NCBI GenBank assembly: GCA_001724265.1
Contig: MEDY01000087.1
Span: 1-64,000 of the forward strand
Origin: Rhizaria sp. SCN 62-66
Taxonomy: Eukaryota
Direction: 5' to 3'
Length of the DNA stretch: 64,000 bases
Shown in pieces: positions 12,223-21,985 of this stretch; position 1 is the stretch's first letter, and the number at the start of each line of letters is the position of its first letter. The notes below the pieces were generated by a model. That model did no database searches, was not told the DNA's origin, and saw only the letters and a list, made by a program, of their open reading frames with translations. The position numbers and the translations under genes are program-made.

Positions 12223-12862
12223 TAGAGCAAGTCTACATGAAGAAATAGCAAATGGATTGTGGAGGCATGAATGACGTGAGCTCGTTGTACTCAGGCAGGA
12301 TAGACTGATGCACATATCATGCAGGGAGGAAAAAGAGAGAACACTTGTACTTTGCAAAGAACAATTACAAACACTCATACGTGTAAAACACCACTTCATG
12401 CAGTTTGACGAGTGTAAGTTGAGATCTGCGTGAAACTACTGCGACGCCCAGTGACACGCGTTAGGTCTGACCTGAACAACCATAAAGTCTAATATCAGAG
12501 AGGTTAAGTCCAAAAACACAACGCATTAAGTTATATTGTATCATAAACTACCAAAATCATCAACAACACTACCGTTAACGGATTCCTCGTGCTTCTATAT
12601 CTTTTCGCGCATCCTGCCAGTCTGCTTCGGTTCGGCCCGAAACCTAGGTAGATTCAAACTCAAGCCGCCGCAATGACCCAGAGAACCGTAATATCTTCCT
12701 CTTTCGCTCGACAGTGAGCGATTACAACGAAAATAGTGTTAAATCTGTGTATGTCTAGATCAAAAAAAATATATTGCGTGCACAAAAAACATAAAACAGA
12801 AATCTATACCTATGAAACACGATTGTTTAGAGGAGGCAGTGGTTGTTACAGCAACGGCTCGC

Positions 12863-15800
12863 TTACGCGCGCAGCTTGCTGCCACCCACACCGCCCGCCG
12901 CGGCGCGCGCAATTCCGGCGACGGTGCCGACCCCTGCCCCGCCGGCCTGCTGCACAAGCGCGGCGCCCGAGGTGCGCGTGACGGTGGAGACCGATGCGAA
13001 GTTGGGCGGCGCGATCACGGGCCCGCGGAACAGCAGCGCTGGCTGCTGCGGGCCCTGCGGTAGCTGCCCCGCGTGCGCGCCCGCGGCGTTGGCGTCGGGG
13101 TTGGCCACGGCGGCGCGCGGGATCGCGAGCGGCTCGGGCGCGGACGGGTAGGTGCGCAGCGAGGGCCGGGCAACAGGGTACGACGCGATCAGCGCCAACT
13201 CCTGGCACACTGCGGCCTCACGGCTGCGCGCCTTGCTGCCGCTGTTGCTGTTGCTGTGGACGAGAGCGACGTGGGCGCGCAGGGCGGCCGCCGGGGTGGC
13301 CTTGTCGTCGAACATGCTGTCGGGCAGCGCGTCGATAAGTTTGGCCGCGTTGTGCGTGAAGTAGCGCTGCGCGACGAGGATGGGCAGCGCGGCCGCAGTG
13401 GCCGACTGCGCCGCCGGGAGCAGCGCCGAGGCCGGCGCGGGCAGCACGAGGCCCAGGAACGAAGACGAGGACGAGACGTTGAGCAGCGGGACATGGGTCA
13501 GGTGCGCGGAAGTCAGGCCGCCCCCGTCGGCGGTGCCGGCGCGGCTGTGCGAGCGGCGGCTCGAGCTGCGGCCGCCGCTGCGGCTGCTGGTGCGCAGGCC
13601 GCCGAACGCGCTGGGGACGGCCGCGGGATTCGCGGCAGCGCTCGCGCTCGCGGCGAAGTTGCCCGCGCCCGTGCCGGCGGCGTTCGCGCGCGCGCTGGCG
13701 GTGCTCGAGGGGGCGAAAGGGAAGCCCGGCGCGAGGGGCGCCAAGACGGGACCACCCTTGGCAGGCGCAGCCGCACTGCCCGCAGCCACAGCAGCGCCAG
13801 TGCTGTTGGCGGTGGGGTTATTGCCGCCCGTAGCGGTGGTTGGACGCACTGCCGAAGACAGCGGCCGGCGGTGGGTCACCGCACCGGCGGCGTTGCCTCC
13901 GTGGCCCGCGGCACCGCCGGCGCCCGCGAGCGCGGAGCTGCTGTTGGGGCTCAGGAACTGGCTGTGCGCGGCGGCGACGGCGGGGTGAGCGAACACTCCG
14001 GCGGGGACCACGGGGCCCCACTCAGCGCCCGCCCAGTCACCGACAGCCGCACTCACATTCGCCGCGCCCACGCCCACGCTCGCACCAACAGTGTTGCTGA
14101 CGGCTGCGGCTGGCGCGAGTGCAAACCAGCCCTGCGCGAGGCAGTGCAGGTAGCGCCGGTAGCCGACCTCGGTCGGGCACGACGGGGTCAGCACGGGCAT
14201 GAAGTGCGGCGGCGGCGCTGCGCCGTGGCCGCCCGCGTTGTTGAGTACCGCGATGGGCAGCAGCAGCCCCGCGGCGGCGCGCGGGGAGAGCGTCGACGGG
14301 GGCAGGAACGGCAGCGCGCCGTGGCCACCATTGCTCGACGACTGCAAGCTATTGTGAATAGCGGCCGTAGGGAGCGGGCGGAGCGCGGGGAGCAGCGCGG
14401 GCGGCAGGGGCTGTCCGTTGGCGGCGAGACTGACGCTGACAGCGCCGCCGACGGAGCCGGTAGCAGCGACGGGACTCGCGCACGCGGTGTCGTTGGCGGC
14501 AGACGGACTCACAGTAGGGGCAGCAGCAGCAGCAGCAGCAGCAGCACCGGCGGCCGCAGCAGTTGTGGTTACAGTCACCGTCGCGGTCGCGCTGGCGGGC
14601 ATCGCGCTAAGGATCTCTGCGCGCACGGCGGCCCGGATGGCCTTGTGGTCAAAGCGCACCTGTCCCAGCCCGCCGAGGCCGAAGACGGGGAACGCGCCGG
14701 CCAGCGCGGCCGCGGCCGTGGGCACCAGCGTGCCGTTGGCGGGCGCCGATGACAGCACGTCGTGGAGCGTGGCGAGCTTCTGCGAGCGCGAGAGGGAGAG
14801 CTCACGGCGCAGCAGTGCGAGGCACGAGAGGAACTGCAGCAGCTGCTCGGGCGTGAGCGGCGAGTCGAGCCAAGTCGCCACGCCGCTGCTGCCGGAGCAG
14901 TCGGTGAGGAAGCTCTGCTGGCTCACAGAGGCACTCTCAGCGGCGGCGTTGCTTGCGTTTGACTGGGAGAGCGAGTTGATGTAGAAGTCGAACAGAGCCA
15001 CCGTCGCCGCGTCGTCCTCGGAGAGCGGCAGCGCCACGGGCACGGGCACGCCACTCATGACGGGCGCAGGCGCAGCAGATGCGTCAGCACCAGCGCTAGC
15101 AGCAGCAGCAGAAGCGTCAGTCACCGCAGTGGCGACGGCGATGCCAGCGCTGAAGCTCGCAGCCGTGGGGCTGGGCGCCGTCGCCGCAGCGGCAGCGGCC
15201 TCGGCGGCGGCCGCAGCGCCGCGCTTCACCGCGGCCGCCGCGGCTTCGGTGACCGTGAGCAGTGCGTCGACCTGGCTGGGGTACGCGAGCAGCAGCTGCA
15301 GCAGCGCCTGGCCCACGAAAACAGCGGCGCGGTGGGCCGCGAGCAGGATTGAGAGCTCGGAGACCACGAACACGGGGGAACCGTTCTCATCCTCGGCGCC
15401 GCCGTAGTCGTTGGCGTTGTCGTCAGCGGCAGCGTCGGCCGCGCTGGCCTCGGCCGCCGCTGCAGCAGCGGCAGCAGCTGCAGCAGCGGTCGATGCGTGG
15501 GCAGCGGAGTTGCTGAGCGCGGAAGCGAGCGCGGCCTTCTCGCCCTTGCTCCGGTCGCGCCCGTCCGCGCTGCTGCTGCTGCCGCGCGCACTGCCGCTGC
15601 CGGCGGTGGAGCTGCCGCCGCGGCGCGCGGCCGCGCGGACCTGGTCGGCGGCGAGCGCCTCCTCAAGCTCCTTGCGGCGACGCTCCTCCTGCTGTTTGAG
15701 CACACGGCGGCGCTCTAGGTCCCACAGCAGGCGCAGCTTGGCCTGGCGCACGAAGCGCGTCACAGTGGCCTCGTAAGCGGCCGCCACGGCGGCGCTGGCG

Positions 15801-18800
15801 CGCGCGCGCGTCTCGGGCAGCAGCGAGAAGAGCTCTGCCGCGAGCAGCACGGCGCGCGCGGGCGAGATGGCGTGGTCGGAGAAGAGCTGCGCGTCCTGCA
15901 GGCGGCGCGCGGCGGCGGTGCGGCGCGCGCGCAGGGCCGATACGGCCGCGCGGGCGGCGTCGCGGTCGTGCGCCAACGCCTCCTCCTTGGCCTTAAGCTC
16001 AGCGCGCTCCTTCTCCGTCAGGCGGCGGCCGCCGGGCCCGAGCAGAACCGCACCGTTCGCGCCGCTGTTGCTGCTGTTAGAGCTCGAGGAAGTCAGGGAG
16101 AGCGAGAGTAGGGAACCACCGGCCGCAGCCGCCGCAGCGGCGCCGGCGGCCTCCGCGGCGGCGTTGTTGGCGATGGCGAGGTCGTCGTCCTCCTCGGCAC
16201 CCAGCAGCCCGCCCACGGGGGTGGGGTCAAGCGCCTCGGGGAGCCCTGCCAGCGAGGGGTCGCCCGCAGCCGCGAGGAACGAGTCGATGTACACGGCGCC
16301 GTTTGTCAGCGGCGCTGCGGGGACGGCGTCCAGCAGCAGCTGCGCGCGCAGCAGCGAGAGCACCGCGCGGAGCGGGACCGTGGTGTCGCTGGCGACCGGG
16401 AACGGCGACGGCTTGCGCGACTTGGCGCCGTGCTTGCCCTTGCCCGCGCTGTGGGCGGCGGAGGGCAGCGAGCGCGGGGGCAGGCGGTGGCCCCAGCGGG
16501 AGCCAGGCCAGGGGCCTGCGGCGTCGGTTGCAGCGGCCCAGTTGATCCCGTTGTTCTGCAGACTCACGAGCGCCGCGCCGGAGTCGGACTTTGCGCTGCG
16601 GAGGGTGAGCGCCTTCATGTTCCTGCTGCTGATGTGCGCGCTGGTGAGGTTGTTGTTGGTGTAGAGCAGGGCGGACGCAACCGAGGTGGGCACGTTGGCG
16701 GCGATGACGGCGACGGCGCGGCGTGGGTCGGCGAGACAGGCGTGCAGCGCGTACACGGATACGCGCGCCGCGGTGTACGAGGACGAGTGCGTGAGAGAGC
16801 GGCGGAGGTGCGTGGCCTCGACGGGCACTAGGCACAGCGCGGTCTTGCTCGTGTTCGCACCGGCGATGTGGGCGTTCGAGGGGGACGTCAGCGCAGTCGT
16901 CGTGCCGGCGCTACTCGAGCTGGCGCTGTTGTTGGCAGCCGCAGACGAGAGCGCAAGCGAGATGGTGGGGCACGCGGAGAGCGCGGAGAGGTAGCTCAGC
17001 GCGCGCGCACGGGGGAACAGAACGGTGGTGAGGAAGCGGCGGACGAGGGCACTGGGGGAGTCGCTGTCGGTCTCGTCATCGACACCGTCACAGTCGCCGT
17101 CGCCGCTGTGACTGCAGCCGCTAGCAGGAGAGTCGCATGCGTTGTCCTTGTGCTCAGCGCTGACATTAACGCGCATCTCCACCGGCGTGTTAGCGTAGTA
17201 GAAGAGCGCGATGCGAACGATGGCCTCGATCGCCTGGTACAGACGCAGCGTGATCGCCGGGTCGTGGATGCTCGCGAAGCGCGACAGCAAGGGTGAGTCG
17301 TTGTGGCCGCCGCTGATGGCGCTGACGCTCACGTTCGAGTAGTCGCCGTTGCCATCGTCGTTGCTGTTGCAGCCGTCACCGTCGCCGTCGGTGTCACTGG
17401 CAGCGTTCTCGTTGCAGTAGCTGGTGTTTACGCTGTTGGTGACTGCCGCAGTCGCAGTGGCGTCACGGTAGCCATCGAGCGCAAGACGCGACACGTCAGC
17501 ACGAGTGAGCCACGGCGACGCGGCGCCGATATCAAAGATAAGCCGCCACAGCGCCTCGACACCGATGCGCATCGCCTTGGGTGCGACAATCACGATCGCA
17601 CCGGTTACGCTTGGCGACGCCGCGGCGGACTGAGAGCGGTTTTGCATCGGCGCCGTGACGTGCGTGTAGTAGCGCAAAATGTCGAGCAACGCGCTGTGGT
17701 AGCGCTGCAGCACCGACGACACGCGCTTCGCCTCCGCAGTGGCCAGCGCGAGCGCCGCGGCAGGGCCGCCGTGCGCGCGCAGGGCGCGCAAACGCGCGAA
17801 GTTGGGCCTCGCAGCGGCGGCACCTGGAGCAAAGGCAACGGCGACGACCTTGTTCTTGCCGTAGCCGCGCTTGCCATTGTTCGCCTCCGCCTCAGCCTGA
17901 GCCTTGGCCTGAGCCTCGGCCTTGGCCTGAGCCTCGGCCTCGGCGGCCGCAGCGGCGCCGGCTGCTGCGGCCGCGGTCTCGGCGGCCTCCTCCTTCTCGC
18001 TCTCGCTGCTCTCGTCGTCGGCGCTGCTGGTGCCCAGCTCCTCGGGGTAGCCCTGCGTCATCGCGATCCCCGCGGCGGCCGCCTTGGCGCGCAGCGCGGC
18101 ACGGGCGGCGCGGCGCTCACCGCGCTCGCGCGTGCGGGCCTCGGCGCGCAACGCAGCGGCGGCAGCCACGGCGGCGCGCGCGCGGACGGCCTCGGCCTCC
18201 TCCTCGGCGAGCCTGTGCGCAGCCTCGGCGGCGGCGGCCTCGGCGACCGCGCGGTCGGCTGCGTCCTGCGCGTCGAGGGCCGCGAGAGCGCGCGCGCGGG
18301 CGGCGTCGGTGGCCCAGGGGAGCAGCATGTCGACGAACATAGGGCGGATGTGCGCCTTGGCCGCACTGCCGTTGCTATCGGTCGTCGCAGCAGCAGTGCT
18401 GTTCTGCTGAGCAGTGCTGGAGTTCGTAGCGGCCTTTGCCACGTTGCCAGAGGTAGCAACAACGTCTGTTGTCGACGTGGCGACCTTGCCAGTCTTCGCA
18501 GCAGTCTTGCCAGCACCGGCGCCCTTGACACCGGTCTTGCCACCGACGGCAGCGGTGGTGCTGCTGTTCTTAAGATTCGCCACACTCTTATCACTCTTGT
18601 TGGCGACAGCATTCGCGGCGTTGTTGTTCAGCGCCTGGCGCCACGCGTTGGCGTCCTCGAGTCCATCCTTGACGAACTTGCACTCGACGCGGCTGCCGTC
18701 GTCGAACGTGTACGCACCCTGGCCCTCCTTGGCGTTGCCGGCCCACATGCCGCGGTACACGGCGCCCGACGAGTAGTAAAACACGCCGCGGCCGCAGCGA

Positions 18801-21136
18801 AGGCCGCGGGAGAAGGTGCCAACGTAGCGGTTTAGCGCGCCGAGCGGGTCCGCGGCCACCGCGCCGCTGTGGCCGCCGGCGGCCGTGAGGGAGGAGAGCG
18901 AAAGCGGCAGCAGCGGGAGGAGGCCGCCGGAGGCGCGGACCGCGTTGTCGGTCGCGAGCACGGCGTTGGTGGCTAGGGCAACAGGATCCGCCGTCGCCAG
19001 CAGGCTTGAACATGTGATCGTGGGGACATTGTGTGCGTTGTTATTGTTGTTCCCGCTGTTGCTGCCTGTGTTGTTGTTCGCGAGGGCGTAACCAGTGGGC
19101 GTGAAGCCGGGCGCTGTGAGCAAGCCGGTGACGGGAATGCCCGCAGCCAGCGCGGTGACTGCATCAAGGCCACGAGAAGCAAGAGACTCGGCGTCGACGG
19201 TGCACTTCGAGAGGTCCAGGGTGGCGGGGTATTTGGCCTCGATGGTCTCGGTAAAGTCCGTCACGGACCAGGGCGATTTGAGACTGTGCGCAAGGGTGAA
19301 GCGCTCGCAGTGGCTGGCACCAGTCTTGCGCCTCCGCTGCTTCTGCTGCTGCTGCTCACTGTTCGCAGACTTGTACTCGTCGTCCGCGAAGGAGTCGCTG
19401 TTGCTCAGGCCGTCGGTCCCGTCGCCGTGGCCGTCGTCCTCGCTGTGGACGCTGCTCTTGCGCGCACACGCCGCGTGCGGGCCGTTGTCGCCCGCAATCG
19501 CCGCGGCCGTCTCGGGCTTCAAGGGAACGGGGATGGTCGCAGCCAGAGCCTCGGCGAGCTCCAGCGGCGACGAGTACGGCAGCATAGTCGCGCTGGCGCT
19601 CGCGCTAGAGCTCGTTGCGCTGGAGGTCGCAGTTTTTGAGAGCAGCTGGAGACCCCAGACGTACTCACCGTCGCCGTGCGGCAGACCGTCGGCCCACCAG
19701 CCGACGTACGAGTGCACGACGACGGGAGTGCTCAGGCCGACAGGGGCACTGGCACCGCCAGAGCCAGAGCTGACACTGAGCGCAAAAGCGTTCGCCGACG
19801 CCGCGTCGCCGCTCGCGCTCGCGGTGGCGATGGCGTTGCCGGTGCCTGCGTGGTAGTAGTCGGCGAGCGGGTCGCTGGGCAGGTCGAGAACGCTGGCGAG
19901 CGCGGGCCACACGGCCGCGCCCCAGCCCTCGCGCCGGTCGCCGCACCACTCGCCCTCGTACACGGTGCCGTTGGCGTACAGCATTACGCCGCGGCCATGG
20001 CGCTTGCCCACAACAAACTGCCCCACGTACAGCGACTTGACGCGCTGCGTCGCGGTGAGCGCGTAAACGAGCCGGCCGAGTCCGTGGCGCAGCCCGCGGC
20101 GCCAGTGGCCTGTGTAGCTGGCGCCGCTCGCGGCATGCGTGAAGGTACCGACGCCGTGGCGCAGCCCGTGGCGGACCTGGCCCGTGTAGCGCGAGCCGTC
20201 GGGGTAGGTGTAGGCGCCGCAGCCGGTGAGCGTGTTGGCGGTGAACTCGCCCTCGTAGTAGGCGCCGTCGGGCCAGGCCAGCACGCCGCGGCCGTGCATC
20301 AGGCCAGCCTTGAAGTCGCCGTCGTAAACGCAGTTGGACGCGAAGCGCGCGTAGCCGCGGCCCGTGTACAGCACGGCAGACTTGGGTGGGTGCGGGGCCG
20401 GGGTAAAGGTCGGTGGCGGCATCGGGTAGCGCGAGGCAGAGCTGTCACCCGAGCTCGAGTCAGCAGCAGCCGCATCAGCGCTCTGAGAGAAACTGCCGGA
20501 CTCGGTCTCAGGCGAGAAAGAAGCAGAGTCAGCGTTAATGTCGTCTTCAGGAGAGATGTTGCGGTTGAACTCCTTAAGTTCAGCGTTCTCATCTCCATCG
20601 TCACCGTTCTCAGCGTCATTGTTGAGCGCGGACGAGAAACCGTTGTTGTTGGGCGGCCTGAGCATCGAGAGCGAGACCTCAGCGCCGCAAGGTGGGATAG
20701 GCACACCGTGCGCGCGGCGGAAGCACACGACCGCAGTGTTCAGGATTGTGCGGTTGTAGCCGGCACTGTCAGTGAGTGGGTTGTCCCACTGAGCAGCCGG
20801 GATGTCAAGAGACAGGAAATCGGGCTGGCAGGCGACAGCATCGGCGTATGCCTTGGCGGCGGCCTCAGCCTCGCGCTGGAGATACTCCTGACGCTCGCGG
20901 TCGGCCTGGTCAATCTTGGCGGCCTGGTCCTTCTCGAGTAGGTCGGCGATGGCAGCCTTGACCACGGTCTCGGCCTCCAGATCACGCAGGACCGGAGCAG
21001 GATGAGGCTGTGCGGGTGCGGACACGGCGACAGTCTGTGAAACGTTTTTGCGATCGCCACCAAGGCCAGAGCGACCACTGGGGTTGGACCCACTAGCGCC
21101 GCTGGCGCGGGCATGGGATGCACCCTTCGGTGGCAT
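12863..21136 (-). CDS. MORN-repeat protein, radial spoke head 10B (RSPH10B)-like, with extensive Ala/Ser-rich insertions; single exon, 2757 aa
   Basis: Tandem MORN repeats (YDGDFKAGLMHGRG, YEGEFTANTLTGCG, YTGQVRHGLRHGVG, YRGMWAGNAKEGQG); downstream LLDILRYY..LWRLIFD..IHDPAITLRLYQAIEAIVRIA resembles the RSPH10B post-MORN region; ends TAA. Confidence 0.75.
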   Translation of the reverse strand: MPPKGASHARASGASGSNPSGRSGLGGDRKNVSQTVAVSAPAQPHPAPVLRDLEAETVVKAAIADLLEKDQAAKIDQADRERQEYLQREAEAAAKAYADAVACQPDFLSLDIPAAQWDNPLTDSAGYNRTILNTAVVCFRRAHGVPIPPCGAEVSLSMLRPPNNNGFSSALNNDAENGDDGDENAELKEFNRNISPEDDINADSASFSPETESGSFSQSADAAAADSSSGDSSASRYPMPPPTFTPAPHPPKSAVLYTGRGYARFASNCVYDGDFKAGLMHGRGVLAWPDGAYYEGEFTANTLTGCGAYTYPDGSRYTGQVRHGLRHGVGTFTHAASGASYTGHWRRGLRHGLGRLVYALTATQRVKSLYVGQFVVGKRHGRGVMLYANGTVYEGEWCGDRREGWGAAVWPALASVLDLPSDPLADYYHAGTGNAIATASASGDAASANAFALSVSSGSGGASAPVGLSTPVVVHSYVGWWADGLPHGDGEYVWGLQLLSKTATSSATSSSASASATMLPYSSPLELAEALAATIPVPLKPETAAAIAGDNGPHAACARKSSVHSEDDGHGDGTDGLSNSDSFADDEYKSANSEQQQQKQRRRKTGASHCERFTLAHSLKSPWSVTDFTETIEAKYPATLDLSKCTVDAESLASRGLDAVTALAAGIPVTGLLTAPGFTPTGYALANNNTGSNSGNNNNNAHNVPTITCSSLLATADPVALATNAVLATDNAVRASGGLLPLLPLSLSSLTAAGGHSGAVAADPLGALNRYVGTFSRGLRCGRGVFYYSSGAVYRGMWAGNAKEGQGAYTFDDGSRVECKFVKDGLEDANAWRQALNNNAANAVANKSDKSVANLKNSSTTAAVGGKTGVKGAGAGKTAAKTGKVATSTTDVVATSGNVAKAATNSSTAQQNSTAAATTDSNGSAAKAHIRPMFVDMLLPWATDAARARALAALDAQDAADRAVAEAAAAEAAHRLAEEEAEAVRARAAVAAAAALRAEARTRERGERRAARAALRAKAAAAGIAMTQGYPEELGTSSADDESSESEKEEAAETAAAAAGAAAAAEAEAQAKAEAQAKAQAEAEANNGKRGYGKNKVVAVAFAPGAAAARPNFARLRALRAHGGPAAALALATAEAKRVSSVLQRYHSALLDILRYYTHVTAPMQNRSQSAAASPSVTGAIVIVAPKAMRIGVEALWRLIFDIGAASPWLTRADVSRLALDGYRDATATAAVTNSVNTSYCNENAASDTDGDGDGCNSNDDGNGDYSNVSVSAISGGHNDSPLLSRFASIHDPAITLRLYQAIEAIVRIALFYYANTPVEMRVNVSAEHKDNACDSPASGCSHSGDGDCDGVDDETDSDSPSALVRRFLTTVLFPRARALSYLSALSACPTISLALSSAAANNSASSSSAGTTTALTSPSNAHIAGANTSKTALCLVPVEATHLRRSLTHSSSYTAARVSVYALHACLADPRRAVAVIAANVPTSVASALLYTNNNLTSAHISSRNMKALTLRSAKSDSGAALVSLQNNGINWAAATDAAGPWPGSRWGHRLPPRSLPSAAHSAGKGKHGAKSRKPSPFPVASDTTVPLRAVLSLLRAQLLLDAVPAAPLTNGAVYIDSFLAAAGDPSLAGLPEALDPTPVGGLLGAEEDDDLAIANNAAAEAAGAAAAAAAGGSLLSLSLTSSSSNSSNSGANGAVLLGPGGRRLTEKERAELKAKEEALAHDRDAARAAVSALRARRTAAARRLQDAQLFSDHAISPARAVLLAAELFSLLPETRARASAAVAAAYEATVTRFVRQAKLRLLWDLERRRVLKQQEERRRKELEEALAADQVRAAARRGGSSTAGSGSARGSSSSADGRDRSKGEKAALASALSNSAAHASTAAAAAAAAAAAAEASAADAAADDNANDYGGAEDENGSPVFVVSELSILLAAHRAAVFVGQALLQLLLAYPSQVDALLTVTEAAAAAVKRGAAAAAEAAAAAATAPSPTAASFSAGIAVATAVTDASAAAASAGADASAAPAPVMSGVPVPVALPLSEDDAATVALFDFYINSLSQSNASNAAAESASVSQQSFLTDCSGSSGVATWLDSPLTPEQLLQFLSCLALLRRELSLSRSQKLATLHDVLSSAPANGTLVPTAAAALAGAFPVFGLGGLGQVRFDHKAIRAAVRAEILSAMPASATATVTVTTTAAAAGAAAAAAAAAPTVSPSAANDTACASPVAATGSVGGAVSVSLAANGQPLPPALLPALRPLPTAAIHNSLQSSSNGGHGALPFLPPSTLSPRAAAGLLLPIAVLNNAGGHGAAPPPHFMPVLTPSCPTEVGYRRYLHCLAQGWFALAPAAAVSNTVGASVGVGAANVSAAVGDWAGAEWGPVVPAGVFAHPAVAAAHSQFLSPNSSSALAGAGGAAGHGGNAAGAVTHRRPLSSAVRPTTATGGNNPTANSTGAAVAAGSAAAPAKGGPVLAPLAPGFPFAPSSTASARANAAGTGAGNFAASASAAANPAAVPSAFGGLRTSSRSGGRSSSRRSHSRAGTADGGGLTSAHLTHVPLLNVSSSSSFLGLVLPAPASALLPAAQSATAAALPILVAQRYFTHNAAKLIDALPDSMFDDKATPAAALRAHVALVHSNSNSGSKARSREAAVCQELALIASYPVARPSLRTYPSAPEPLAIPRAAVANPDANAAGAHAGQLPQGPQQPALLFRGPVIAPPNFASVSTVTRTSGAALVQQAGGAGVGTVAGIARAAAGGVGGSKLRA

Positions 21137-21985
21137 GCGTGAGATTGTTAAGGTCGCGGAGAGCGAGCTGGGAGAAGTCTGGGTAGGAACAGGCGAAGTG
21201 GTTCAATCGAGGTATTGAAAAAAGTCTTTTCTTCTACGAAAGAGACATCCGAGAGAAAATAATTAAATGTGAGATTAATTTTACACGAATACCGTTTATA
21301 AAATGACGCAAAGCTTACACAAGCGATTGTAACATGTGTGTCTGGTCTCTGCGAATGTGACCGTTACGTGACTTTCATCCCTTCCAACCGACCGTGCGCC
21401 TTCGGTCAGCACTCACTGAAGATCAGTTACGCTAGTTAAAACAATAGCATACAGCATCAAAATAAGGTCAAGTTAAGATACCACAACATAAAACACATAT
21501 GAGCATTGCTGTTACAAATTGGTACATTATTTTAACCAGATTAAGCTGACGTATACTTTCCGTTTAATATAAAGTCATGTTATGTATCACGACCCGTGAA
21601 TGCAGCATGCATTTGGGGATTAATAGAACACCAGAATTTAACAAAACAATCAAATATCGCAGATCACGAGCATATCCGAGAAGCACATGAGACTAAAATA
21701 AACGTATACTTGCTTGTGGACTTGAATCACACTCAACAGGACGCAATACGAGTGACAAGATTAAGGAGGCAAGTTAATCTTTAGGACGAATCAAAACAAA
21801 TGAAGAAAGTTAAAATGAAGGTACTAAAAAGTGCGAATGTTGACTTGCTTCGCACCGATAACCAAGCTGACAATTTACTGTACAACAGCTGAGTACCAAG
21901 ACTAGCTTGTGACAGTAGTTACAACCATCACCGCTGACTGACTTGATAACACGCACTTTGCGAGCGCATGGCAAATGAGGCATGC